Shown here piece by piece: positions 13,480-23,417 of a stretch of DNA of 43,597 nt. The stretch comes from Proteromonas lacertae (taxonomy: Eukaryota). Under the pieces are notes generated by a model. That model saw only the letters and a list, made by a program, of their open reading frames with translations. It was not told the origin of the DNA and did not search any database. Each line of letters opens with the position of its first letter. Position 1 is the stretch's first letter. The stretch lies in contig NGBS01000054.1 in assembly GCA_002245135.1 (NCBI GenBank), positions 1-43,597 on the forward strand, written 5' to 3'. The translations under genes were made by a program, and so were the position numbers.

Positions 13480-13785
13480 TTACTTTAAGTTTCTTATATA
13501 CACCTTGCAGATCCTTCTGAGTCTAGCAGCTTCATTGACTTTGCCTTTACCTTTACGGGATGTTTTCTTCCTGTTGATCACGTTCTTGATCCAGTCCTTG
13601 ACCTTCCATAAGCTACTTCTTCCTCCGATAGTTAGCAGCTCTAAGTCATCCTCAGAAGTAGAGCTTAAGCTTCTTGCACGATAACCATTCCTTCCTTCAG
13701 GCATCTCCAAGGAGTCCTTGAATTTACCTAGTACTTGTTGCTTGCGCTTCTGTAACTGGTCGTACTCATAATTGATCGGAGCCAT
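13480..13785 (-). CDS. Small basic protein with a GG site followed by an amphipathic Trp helix; candidate virion core protein
   Basis: ATG at 13785. TIGG-RSSLWKVKDWIKNVINRKKTSRKGKGK resembles RRGGSLKSIWGKIKSG in the element C protein at 41747. Confidence 0.5.
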   Translation of the reverse strand: MAPINYEYDQLQKRKQQVLGKFKDSLEMPEGRNGYRARSLSSTSEDDLELLTIGGRSSLWKVKDWIKNVINRKKTSRKGKGKVNEAARLRRICKVYIRNLK

Positions 13786-13900
13786 TGTAGCGTAGATATT
13801 CCTGGGCAATGAGTAAGCTGGCAATCTCCTTTGATACCTTTACATTGAATTTCTTTTGTTTATCCCAACAATTGCAATTAGGAATCAACTCAATAGCTTA

Positions 13901-14566
13901 CTAATCATCCTCATCTAACATACCCAGCTTCATGCACTTTACCGTGATATCCTTCACATCATCTATTCCCAAGGAGATGTTTATTGTGTTGTACTTATCT
14001 AGGTTCATCTTATCGGTAAAGTCAAAGGTCCATTGCCTTATGAAGATGCGGACGATTCTCTCTCCGGGATGTGCAAGACCGTAAATCTTCCTACGATCAG
14101 TCATGGGATTGTACTTCACTAGGAAGCAATTGTCCTTAAAGAGATATTCACCTGATCCTCTAAGCACTTCCTCAGCTTCATGATCATCATCTCCGATAAT
14201 CCTGAAGAGTCTCTTGAGTACCTCCCGATTACGATCCACGATCTTGAGTTTAGCGTAACATTGATGATACATTGGAAGGGTGATCTTCTTATCGTCTGGG
14301 TCAGGGATGAACTTAGCGATGCAATCTATGATCACTGGTTTCTCGGGAGTGATGGTAAGTCTTCGATAGCTATGTCCTTGCTGATGATACTCTGAGTAGA
14401 TGCTAGCCTGACCGTATAGTTCTGATTCCTTTACAGTTGCCTCGTAAGTATAGATTCTCATTACCATCTTTGAAAGCCCTTTCATCATGAACTCATCCTT
14501 ACGATCATCTTCATACTTCTCGGTGATCTCCTTGATTAGATTGAAGTAGCTTCTGTTCTTATTCAT
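13901..14566 (-). CDS. Hypothetical protein, 221 aa, tandem paralogue 1
   Basis: Aligns with 14677-15342: YFNLIKEITEKYE/YFNLIRQVTENYD, IIGDDDHEAEEVLRG/VIGDNKHNAEDVLRG, WTFDF/WTFNF, GIDDVKDIT/GINDVEDIT. Confidence 0.85.
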   Translation of the reverse strand: MNKNRSYFNLIKEITEKYEDDRKDEFMMKGLSKMVMRIYTYEATVKESELYGQASIYSEYHQQGHSYRRLTITPEKPVIIDCIAKFIPDPDDKKITLPMYHQCYAKLKIVDRNREVLKRLFRIIGDDDHEAEEVLRGSGEYLFKDNCFLVKYNPMTDRRKIYGLAHPGERIVRIFIRQWTFDFTDKMNLDKYNTINISLGIDDVKDITVKCMKLGMLDEDD

Positions 14567-14676
14567 CGATCAAGTATAGGAATAAGTTTATTGAACTGAA
14601 TCAACCCCGAGATTACCATCCCTCTGAGAACTATCACTCCTGGAGGATTGAATTCCATGATGGATGGATGAGATCA

Positions 14677-15342
14677 TTACTTGGTATTTCCTTTGAACTC
14701 CTTCCTTGCAGCTATGCATCTATCAGTGATGTCCTCCACATCGTTGATACCAACAACGACTTCTAAGGTGTGGTACTTGGAGTAGTCCTTTGAGTCAATA
14801 AAGTTAAAGGTCCATCTAGGGAGTCTTAAACGAAAGATCCTCTTACCAAGACTTGCTAGGTGTTGGAACTTACTAATTGTTTTAGCAGCCCGTAGCTGAC
14901 ATTGCAACTGTACATAATCAGTTCCTCGGGAATTGCTTACTATTATCGTTCCTCTTAGAACATCCTCAGCATTGTGTTTGTTATCTCCGATCACATCGAA
15001 GAGCTTCCTTAAGGTCTGATGATTGTGATCATGGATCTTCAGATAAATCCTATTGTCACCTAAGTCCCGAACAACACTTCCAACACAGTCCACAATCACG
15101 GGGATCACCGGAGTGATGGTTACCTTCCTTGGTCTTGGAATGCCTATATCCATAAAGCTTTTTATCATAGCATCCCCGTAAGTGTCAGAGTCTTCTACTC
15201 GTATCTTATAAGTGAAGAGCTTCTCAATCTTCTCCTGTCTGGTTGTCTTCTTCGGGAAGGTCAATTCCTCCTTACGTTCCTGATCGTAGTTCTCGGTGAC
15301 TTGACGGATCAGGTTGAAATAGTTCTCATTCATTGACTTCAT
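14677..15342 (-). CDS. Hypothetical protein, 221 aa, tandem paralogue 2
   Basis: Paralogue of 13901-14566, same motifs and length. Confidence 0.85.
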   Translation of the reverse strand: MKSMNENYFNLIRQVTENYDQERKEELTFPKKTTRQEKIEKLFTYKIRVEDSDTYGDAMIKSFMDIGIPRPRKVTITPVIPVIVDCVGSVVRDLGDNRIYLKIHDHNHQTLRKLFDVIGDNKHNAEDVLRGTIIVSNSRGTDYVQLQCQLRAAKTISKFQHLASLGKRIFRLRLPRWTFNFIDSKDYSKYHTLEVVVGINDVEDITDRCIAARKEFKGNTK

Positions 15343-15459
15343 CGGATGAGAATTATCGGACTGCCCTCAACTTACTTTGTTAATTAAGTCTTGACGTTTC
15401 CCAGAATTGACTTTTTTTTTTACTCACTCCTGGTAATCACGCAATTCCCGGTCATCTCC

Positions 15460-16275
15460 ATGAAGATAAGGATTCCTCCGAAGAATGAACTTAGAGCAAA
15501 TGCAAAGTCCCATCAACACGATAAGCTAGCCCAGAAAGTAATAGCAACCCTTGGAATTCTTAAGCCTAGACAATCACTTACTTTAGTTCACCAGGAAGTG
15601 TTATCTCAAGAGTCTTCATCGCCATTATCAATTCGTTGTGGTTCAGATACTGGTTCAGATACTCCTTCAAGAACATCATCGTCTCTGACTTTACCGAGTG
15701 ATGATAAGGACTCCATCGTTTATCAAGAATGTTACCTCGAAGTTCCCTTTACAGCAGTACCAAAGGCTTTCATCAATCTAAGCATAGATGGGAATGTAAA
15801 GGGTTTTGTTTGTTGTGGCAGCTCCTTCTACATTGCTTTATTAGCTTCACTTCATCGTGAGGAGATCAAAGGTATTCACAAGAAAAACCTTGTAAGATTC
15901 CTATGGTTCAAAGCGTTCTCGTACTACCTACGGCTAAGTGAATGCATCTCCAATCCCTTACTATGCGATAAGTCGATTACCAAGATAGAGGAGGACAATC
16001 ATCTATCCATTAACGTATTCAAGATGCTTCAGAAGCCAGATCTTCACTTAGTCCCTTTACGTACTTCGAAGACACCTTCCAATGATTCCTATAAGCAGGT
16101 GAGCTTGCTTTACCTGGAAGAGAATTGTAAGCCTTCAACATCTCCTAGTACGGATACTCACAATGATGAATCTCTTAGAGGCTCTACAATCATCCATTTC
16201 CATTACGTTACCATCGTTGATCCGTCTATGAGCTTATCAACCCAAGACAAGAGAAGTAATAGAATCACCATGTAA
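15460..16275 (+). CDS. Hypothetical protein, probable member of the gene family shared by A, B and C
   Basis: ATG at 15460. YLEVPF...NLSIDGNVKGF...SFYIALL resembles FVSVPY...QVQLRGTIHQI...NFIIQLL of 27000-27329. Confidence 0.65.
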   Translation: MKIRIPPKNELRANAKSHQHDKLAQKVIATLGILKPRQSLTLVHQEVLSQESSSPLSIRCGSDTGSDTPSRTSSSLTLPSDDKDSIVYQECYLEVPFTAVPKAFINLSIDGNVKGFVCCGSSFYIALLASLHREEIKGIHKKNLVRFLWFKAFSYYLRLSECISNPLLCDKSITKIEEDNHLSINVFKMLQKPDLHLVPLRTSKTPSNDSYKQVSLLYLEENCKPSTSPSTDTHNDESLRGSTIIHFHYVTIVDPSMSLSTQDKRSNRITM

Positions 16276-16276
16276 G

Positions 16277-17023
16277 TTAGAAGAAGAAGTCTGGCCTTTG
16301 ACGTCTATTGATCATGCGTGTGATAATCCTACTCCATTGATCTATCAACTCCGACAACTCGTTAAGGATCTTGCTTATTGAATCTAGTCTTTGTTGGGTG
16401 TAGTCAACGATATAGATATACCTTGTAGCTACCTTAGTGCTGGTTACCGTAGTGACTTCATTGTCTTGTTCACTACTAGGCCTTGAAGGTTGTTGGCATC
16501 TCCTTAATTCCTCTTGAGATAGTCTACTCCTTCCTACGTGTTCCTCCAATTCCTTCTCACGACCACGTCTCCTTACCGAGAAGATTGCAAGGTAATTGAT
16601 CTCCTTATGAAGCTGCTGATCCATCTTCTTGAAATCAACCTTACCAAGGATCGGTAAGTTGCTAGTTACCTCCTCATCGTCGAAGTCTTCTAGGTATTGA
16701 CTCATCATGGACTTATCGATATAAGCAAGTTCCTCAGCGATGGCACTTAGGACATAGTACAATTGACTTAGCTGAATCTTGTTAGTCTTCACCTTTCCTA
16801 GAACTTCAAATGATCTCCTTGTCTTCTCAGTTGAGAACATCCCATCACAGTTATTGAACTCTCCGAGGACACCTCCCTTATCTAACAATGAACGGATCAT
16901 CGCTATAGCTCTTCTTATCAACTGAGAGTACTGCCTCTCACAACCCTGGTGCTTGAGATAATCCTTTACCCTCTGGTTCCTTTGCAGCAACCTCTTATCG
17001 GTAGTGTTCTTGAAGTATTGCAT
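16277..17023 (-). CDS. Hypothetical helical protein, 248 aa
   Basis: ATG-initiated ORF, tail-to-tail with the 16275 stop (1-bp gap). Confidence 0.75.
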   Translation of the reverse strand: MQYFKNTTDKRLLQRNQRVKDYLKHQGCERQYSQLIRRAIAMIRSLLDKGGVLGEFNNCDGMFSTEKTRRSFEVLGKVKTNKIQLSQLYYVLSAIAEELAYIDKSMMSQYLEDFDDEEVTSNLPILGKVDFKKMDQQLHKEINYLAIFSVRRRGREKELEEHVGRSRLSQEELRRCQQPSRPSSEQDNEVTTVTSTKVATRYIYIVDYTQQRLDSISKILNELSELIDQWSRIITRMINRRQRPDFFF

Positions 17024-17344
17024 TCACGGGAGGTGTTCAGAAATTGCTTACTGCCGAGATAGTTGAACTTTTCCGATGCCTCCTTCTATAGATCACTATG
17101 TGTCCGGCATTAAGAACATTTACTTACTATCCTTCTACGTAGTGCTAGTATCAATGGTCCTTGCCTTTATCGATATGAAGCTTCAGAGAATACAACACCA
17201 GGTAAGATTATTTCTTCATGATGACCTTGATGGATTCAACAATCGTTTCTTAAGATTTTACCCAGCTGATCTCCTGCTCCTTGTAGGTAACAATGTAGTT
17301 CCCGTGAATGAGGTTTTCGACGATGACTTCCTAGATGATGAAAC

Positions 17345-17641
17345 TTACTTACAATGGAGGATGCATTGGCCTTTAAGATAACTAGATCTCCCGCTTATCG
17401 TTGTGGTTGATGGTACCTTTGCTTTGTTGGGATGATCGAAAAACATCATCTTATCGGGGATAGGTACAATGGATAAGCACCTAGCCTGGTTCTGAACAAT
17501 GTGAAGGTTCAGTAACAGATTACCCAGTGATTGGTAAAGAGCTAAAGGCTTCTTCCGTAAAGTACCATTCATGATCATGATGGAGTGGTAGGGTAGTTTG
17601 GAACTGACTGCTTGCTGATCCTTAAGGATGTTATCCTCCAT
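17345..17641 (-). CDS. Possible small hypothetical protein, 98 aa
   Basis: ATG-initiated ORF only. It overlaps the end of an opposite-strand ORF (17076-17381). Confidence 0.3.
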   Translation of the reverse strand: MEDNILKDQQAVSSKLPYHSIMIMNGTLRKKPLALYQSLGNLLLNLHIVQNQARCLSIVPIPDKMMFFDHPNKAKVPSTTTISGRSSYLKGQCILHCK

Positions 17642-17911
17642 ACTCTTCAGAATTGAATTAGTTTACCTAGACAATTAACAAGGACGATGAGACTTACCTT
17701 CAGAAGACTGTTGAGATTGCTGCTATCTCTTTTCAAGGTCCTTGAGAATTATAGAAATGATTGAAGCCTCCCGAAGTCACCATTGTATACTTGTTAACAA
17801 TTGTAAAGTCCCAGTTCTTCATTGAGTTGTTCATTGAGTTCCAAGATTGCCCTGTTGATTACCCTAGCTTTTCAATGGCCTTGTAAATTGACTGATTAAT
17901 AGAAGAACCAT

Positions 17912-18019
17912 CAAGACCTTCCCAGATACGTCCAGCCGTGCATGACTGCGTCAGGGAATCTCCCATGAAGGGAGATTCCCTTCCTTGCCAACACGGCTGT
18001 TCTTCTCGGGAAGGTCTTG
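17912..18019. other. Nested three-stem hairpin in a non-coding region; candidate structured RNA or cis element
   Basis: CAAGACCTTCCC/GGGAAGGTCTTG, CAGCCGTG/CACGGCTG and AGGGAATCTCCC/GGGAGATTCCCT around an ATGAA loop. Confidence 0.75.
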
Positions 18020-18074
18020 GATGAACTTACCTAGGAGAGTTATAAGGATGATAAAACATACCTTCAGAAGCCTT

Positions 18075-18651
18075 CCGAGATTGCTAATCATTATCTTCAA
18101 GGGCCCTTGAGAAATCCACAACTAGCTAGAACCTCCCGGAGTTACCATTTGGTAACTTGTTAACAATTGTTAACTTGTTACCAATTGTAAACTCCCGGTT
18201 CCACGATTGGTTTCCACGGTTCAATTAAAAGCCCTTACAAGGTCACCAGCGTAGCAAGGAGAGTCAAGAGCATGATTAGAATCATCACCTCGAGGTAACC
18301 AACACTTCTAGATAGTTTACAGGAGTACCCGTAGGAGATCGTCTCATAGATAGGTATAGAAATAGCATAGAGGAGTTCCCGTAGGGAAGTAGACCCCGTT
18401 GAGAAGTAGACCCTGTTGGGAGGAATCCCGTAGGAACCTTACGTAAATGGGACTATGGTACATTATGCCAGAGTTCTAACGAGTGTTCTAGGAGTCCGTC
18501 CCCTTCTAGATTCAGAGTTGACCTTTACGGGAGCTTCATCGATGCAATCGATGAAGCTCCCGTAAAAGTCAACTCTGAATCTAGAAAGGGACGGACCCTA
18601 GAAAACTCGTTAGGACTCTGGCATAATGTGCCAGAGTCCCATTTATATACT
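18075..18651 (-). repeat. Right end of A: TIR (18385-18651) plus an extended common region, inverted copy of 19672-20249
   Basis: About 577 bp near-identical to the left end of B in reverse complement. Hairpin at 18444-18645. Confidence 0.97.
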
Positions 18652-18797
18652 ATATATGCAATTAGTGTGAATATACAAGTTATTTTTAAATTTTTTTATA
18701 TCACTACTTTTAGTATATTAATTATTTCAAATATAACATGTATAATCAGACAAAATCATCACTCTTCAACAAGCAATTACAACATAATATACATAAA

Positions 18798-19555
18798 TTA
18801 ATACCTGTTATTTAAATATGGACATTCTTCCATATGTTTTTTAAAAGCTTTCTTCTCTTCAACAATCTTGCAGTATTTGTATTTCAAATCTTCTATTTCG
18901 TCAAAAAAATTAGAATCAAATGCACTTAACTCATTTCTTAATTGCATATTCACTATCTTTTCATCTTCCAACTTCTTTTTCAATACTTTGATCTCTTCAT
19001 TCTTATCTTTTTTCATATTCTCTAATTCATTTTCTAATCGGCTCATTTCCTTTGCATTACTATATTATAATGCAAAAATATATTATTATATACACAGCAA
19101 GAGGAGGTTCTTTCTTTAATATTTCTATCTGCTTATTTGCATCACTTAATGCATTTTCTAATTCTCTAAGTCTACTGGCTCTTTCTCCTGAGCTTCTAAA
19201 ATACATAAATGCATATTATATTATATTATACCTTTCTGATTTATTCTTCATAATTATATTATTAGCTTCTTCTAATTCATTTTCTAATGAGCTTATTTTT
19301 CTCTTCAATGAAATATTATCTGATTCTAATAACAATAACTGCTTTTGTTTTTCTTTTACTTGATTCTCTGTATCTACCATTACATTTTGTTTCTTTTGTT
19401 GTATGTATTTACCACTTTGTTTTGAAGCTAACTGATTCTATGCAATTATTATATATATATATTTATTTATTTATATATACTCTTAATTCATCCATTTCTT
19501 TCAGATATTGATTATTTAATCGTTTCTGTTCTTTTAAGTCATTTTTCACTTTCAT
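18798..19555 (-). CDS. Host coiled-coil gene resembling the CEP290 C-terminus, with short introns (19060-19093, 19196-19231, 19438-19480)
   Basis: ELSAFDSNFFDEIEDLKYKY resembles the CEP290 C-terminal motif as I recall it (ELENFDPSFFEEIEDLKYNY). Removing the GT-AG introns preserves frame. The start is uncertain. Confidence 0.6.
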
Positions 19556-19671
19556 ATACTATTGAAACAATAGGTTATATATTATTATTTATACTTCTAT
19601 GTTAATAACAGTATTATTGATTCATAATTATAATATTACAATAAATTGTATATCTTAGTTAAAAAGTATAT

Positions 19672-20249
19672 AGTATATAAATGGGACTCTGGCACATTAT
19701 GCCAGAGTCCTAACGAGTTTTCTAGGGGTCCGTCCCTTTCTAGATTCAGAGTTGACTTTTACGGGAGCTTCATCGATTGCATCGATGAAGCTCCCGTAAA
19801 GGTCAACTCTGAATCTAGAAGGGGACGGACTCCTAGAACACTCGTTAGAACTCTGGCATAATGTACCATAGTCCCATTTACGTAAGGTTCCTACGGGATT
19901 CCTCCCAACAGGGTCTACTTCTCAACGGGGTCTACTTCCCTACGGGAACTCCTCTATGCTATTTCTATACCTATCTATGAGACGATCTCCTACGGGTACT
20001 CCTGTAAACTATCTAGAAGTGTTGGTTACCTCGAGGTGATGATTCTAATCATGCTCTTGACTCTCCTTGCTACGCTGGTGACCTTGTAAGGGCTTTTAAT
20101 TGAACCGTGGAAACCAATCGTGGAACCGGGAGTTTACAATTGGTAACAAGTTAACAATTGTTAACAAGTTACCAAATGGTAACTCCGGGAGGTTCTAGCT
20201 AGTTGTGGATTTCTCAAGGGCCCTTAAAGATAATGATTAGCAATCTCGG
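19672..20249 (+). repeat. Left end of B: TIR (19672-19948, hairpin 19678-19880) plus extended common region
   Basis: Inverted copy of 18075-18651. Confidence 0.97.
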
Positions 20250-20689
20250 GAGCTTCCTAGAGGTAAGTTACAATGACCTTATAATTCACCTAGGTAAAGT
20301 GTTCCAATGCTCAACAATTGTCCGGGAAAAATGAGACTGATAGACCGTAGAAACTACGGGGGGTTCTACGTTCTGAATAGCATGGAGGATGCAGAGAAGT
20401 CAACACTCCGAGAACTCCATAGTCGTACTTTTCTTGCAATCGCTGATAAGTAAAATTACCATGGATAGCAATATTGATTCTAGTAGTCTTGCGAAGCTTT
20501 CCAGGGATGAGTTAGAAGCATTGATCATCAAGGTCGAGAAGGAACAACAAGATCTGAAAGAGCATAAAGGAGAAGGCAAAGGGTAAGGCTTCGGAAGTAA
20601 CTTCAAGGAAGCGTAAGTTCAATGCTAAGTACTACATCCGATGCATCGATCAGGAGTCAGCTAAGGAATGTCTCACGCTTACCAAGGAG

Positions 20690-21076
20690 ATGGAGGAGTA
20701 CTTCAAAGAGATCACAGGCATGACTGATGAGGAAGCTTCCGTGATCAACAACCAGGAGGAAATAATGAAGGCTGTGAAGATAAAGTCCATCGCTGATTAC
20801 CTATTGAAGTCCTTGACCTTACAAGTACAATTCAAGGAGTCAGAGGATCGCAGCAAGACTCCATTCCCGATACTACCTTACAACTACGAGGTATTCTTAA
20901 CTAAACGCAACCAAGGAAAAGCACTCAGCAAGAGGATGAAACTCAAGATGGAAGCAACTGTTCATGACAACTTACCAAGAGAAGACAACTCCCTTGATAG
21001 TAAACCCTCGGAAGAAGCAACAACCCAACAAGACAACTTATCAGAAGCAGAAGATGACTTTAACGCGGCCTTCTAA
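20690..21076 (+). CDS. Hypothetical protein; may have an upstream part at 20461-20586
   Basis: ATG ORF whose stop abuts the stop of 21077-21646. Weak resemblance to 33734-34372 (YFKEITGMTDE vs LYNYISGMKSE). Confidence 0.6.
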   Translation: MEEYFKEITGMTDEEASVINNQEEIMKAVKIKSIADYLLKSLTLQVQFKESEDRSKTPFPILPYNYEVFLTKRNQGKALSKRMKLKMEATVHDNLPREDNSLDSKPSEEATTQQDNLSEAEDDFNAAF

Positions 21077-21646
21077 TTAACAGTACTCCAGGACATAGAA
21101 GCAAGGATGAACTAACACCTTAAGTAATGTTTTCTCTTGGCTCTGTTGGACTGTTTGCTTAAAACACTTCATAAGACTGACAGAGGATAACAGGCACTTG
21201 AAGTAATGATAGGAACAGTCCTTAGAAGTCTCTTGCTCTATGTCCTCCATAGGTTGATCAGGGCTGGTAAGTAGCTCCATCATGTTGAAGTCAAGGGAAT
21301 CGTAGGAGAGTACCTGATGATCATACTCAATAACCTCAAGTAGATCCAAGGACATTGTAAGCACATCCTTCAAGGAGTTGATAAAGGACTGATGAAACAT
21401 CCCTGGCCATTGCACCGGCCTTACATTATTCAACTCAACCTTGATAAAGCCATCGGAAGATGATCGATCGAAGGAGTAAACACTCCCGTAAACAACAAAG
21501 CTAAAGTTCATACTCAAGGTGTTCATGGTCTTCTCCTCCATACTGTTGATGAACTTACAAGGATAGCTATCTCGGAGAAGTATAGCAAGGTGATCATCGT
21601 CAGGTAAAGGACTAGAGGAATTGTCGGGAGATTGATTGCAGCTCAT
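21077..21646 (-). CDS. Hypothetical protein, probable member of the shared family
   Basis: SFINSLK and VLVHPCFYV parallel MFIKSLR and VRIFPHYEI in 27401-28327. Confidence 0.7.
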   Translation of the reverse strand: MSCNQSPDNSSSPLPDDDHLAILLRDSYPCKFINSMEEKTMNTLSMNFSFVVYGSVYSFDRSSSDGFIKVELNNVRPVQWPGMFHQSFINSLKDVLTMSLDLLEVIEYDHQVLSYDSLDFNMMELLTSPDQPMEDIEQETSKDCSYHYFKCLLSSVSLMKCFKQTVQQSQEKTLLKVLVHPCFYVLEYC

Positions 21647-21717
21647 TACAATGCACGATGAAAATCAAGGACTATGAGAAGCTCAATAAATAATTTCCCA
21701 AGATAAAACATAAGGAC

Positions 21718-22161
21718 ATGGACACCAAAGTTATAAGCAATATTGTAATCCCTTCAGCTCACTTGCAACCCAAAGAAGAAGAAGACAAGACCGAGGATAA
21801 CCAAGAAGGAGATATCCAAGAAGTCGAAGACCAAGGAACTGCACCTACTTCAACACCATTGACTGAGTCACAATCAAGTGAGTTATTCATGGAAGTCAAG
21901 ACTGAAGAAGTCAAGACTGCAGAAGTCAAGACTGAAGAAGTTAAACAACCAGAGTTAGAAAGAGACCGAAGTAGTCATCACTTACACGATGAACAAGACC
22001 TAGATGCTGAGCTTATTGAAGACATGACTGACGAAGAGATTACTAACTTAAGAAAACACCTTGAGGAACTTATCGAGGTAGAGAAGGAGTCTAAAGATGA
22101 AGACAAGGATGAGGATGAGGATGATAACAACGAGATCCAGGAAGTAAAAGACTCTGAGTAA
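21718..22161 (+). CDS. Acidic low-complexity protein with EVKTE repeats
   Basis: ATG ORF of 147 aa. A similarly acidic ORF occurs in C (40270-40743). Confidence 0.75.
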   Translation: MDTKVISNIVIPSAHLQPKEEEDKTEDNQEGDIQEVEDQGTAPTSTPLTESQSSELFMEVKTEEVKTAEVKTEEVKQPELERDRSSHHLHDEQDLDAELIEDMTDEEITNLRKHLEELIEVEKESKDEDKDEDEDDNNEIQEVKDSE

Positions 22162-22251
22162 AGTAATCATAAGGAGGTACTCATAAGGAGGAACTTATAA
22201 GGAGCAACTCGCAAGGAGGTACTTACAATATCTCTTTTCTCAGGAGTAATC

Positions 22252-22824
22252 ATGAACAAGTTCAAGAGATTCAACTTAGCTGATAGACGAAGAGTACTTT
22301 TCAAAGGCAATGGAGTAGACAAGGATGATTACAATGACCTTCATGAAGCTTACTTACAATCACTAGCAAGAGAACGTCAAGGAGCTATCTCCCGAAGAAG
22401 GAATCGAAGGATAGATGAACTCCGAGGAATGCTCAGAGACTACAACACGGAACATCCGATGATGGGTAAGGATGCAGAACTCCAAGGAGCTTACAATGTA
22501 GCTAGTGACTATCTTACTGCCTTGGAGAACAATGAGTTGATGAGTCAAAGGATGGCAAAATCGTTGATCCCCAAGAAGACTAAGAGCAAGAACAAGAGAG
22601 TTGCTTACAAGACAGACTCCATCGTAGATGCGATATCAACTCCTGGCTTCCTTGTAGTTCCTACAATCATGAAGAGCATTGAAGCTGACCGTGAAGTAAG
22701 TGACTCCTCCGAGGATCTCGACCCTTTAACAATGATGATGATGATGATGAAACAAGGAGCCAGAGGAAGCTCCGATGATGGTGATGAGAATACAATGGCC
22801 TTACTAAGTCAACTACTTACTACT

Positions 22825-22855
<31 letters not shown>

Positions 22856-23151
22856 AAACAAAGAAACCTACCTCTGAGGATATCAAGAAGGTAATGGACT
22901 CACTCAAGACTGAATACTCCGATACAGTCTTCAATGAACTAGCCAACTCCATCCATCCTACTCCTATTACCGAGAATAAGTATGAGAATGATAGTAAGTA
23001 CGGAGTCTCTGATGAAACAAAGGAATCCGATGGGCTTGGAATGTTAACTAAGGAACTGGAGCAGACAATTGAAGATATCAATAACAACAAGACCGTAATT
23101 GACCTTCCTGAAGAAGAAGAGTCTGATGAATCAACTTCTGAGGAGGAGTAG
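22252..23151 (+). CDS. Hypothetical protein, N-terminus related to the frameshifted C gene at 42929-43496
   Basis: YNDLHEAYLQSLARE...RNRRIDEL vs YQNLYQNYLTSTAKD...RDEQIEQI. Confidence 0.8.
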
Positions 23152-23196
23152 ACAGAATATCATCAGTAATTCATTTCCCTTAAGTATAGTCTTGTT

Positions 23197-23391
23197 ATGA
23201 CTAAGAAACTCAACAAGAAGCAAAAGGCAAAGCTCAAGGAGCTGATCATCAAGAGATTGAATCAATGTAAAGCAACTCCTAGCAGTCACTACTCTGACCT
23301 TTACAAGAAGTACTACCAGGCAATCACTGATCATTACAAGGATGTCGATATCAATGTCCATGGCAATGAAATAGACTCCTCCGATCTCTAG
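23197..23391 (+). CDS. Small basic protein, possibly the N-terminal part of 23418-24440
   Basis: Lys-rich start plus HYSDLYKKYYQ, echoing the start of the C gene at 42929. Confidence 0.5.
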   Translation: MTKKLNKKQKAKLKELIIKRLNQCKATPSSHYSDLYKKYYQAITDHYKDVDINVHGNEIDSSDL

Positions 23392-23417
23392 TAATCCATT
23401 TCTCTCTAGTAAAGGCG

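Larger units (their letters stand above)
10680..18651. mobile_element. Element A: integrated virus-like segment with hairpin TIRs and no capsid or replication genes recognised
   Basis: Begins AGTATATAAATGGG and ends CCCATTTATATACT. TIRs 10680-10947 and 18385-18651. ATATAT flanks both sides. Abrupt GC rise versus host. Dense ORFs without obvious introns. Confidence 0.9.

Noticed and set aside
10995..17114. 14-bp TGTCCGGCATTAAG at 10995 and 17101
   Set aside because: Only two copies with no consistent relation to gene starts, too weak to call a regulatory site.
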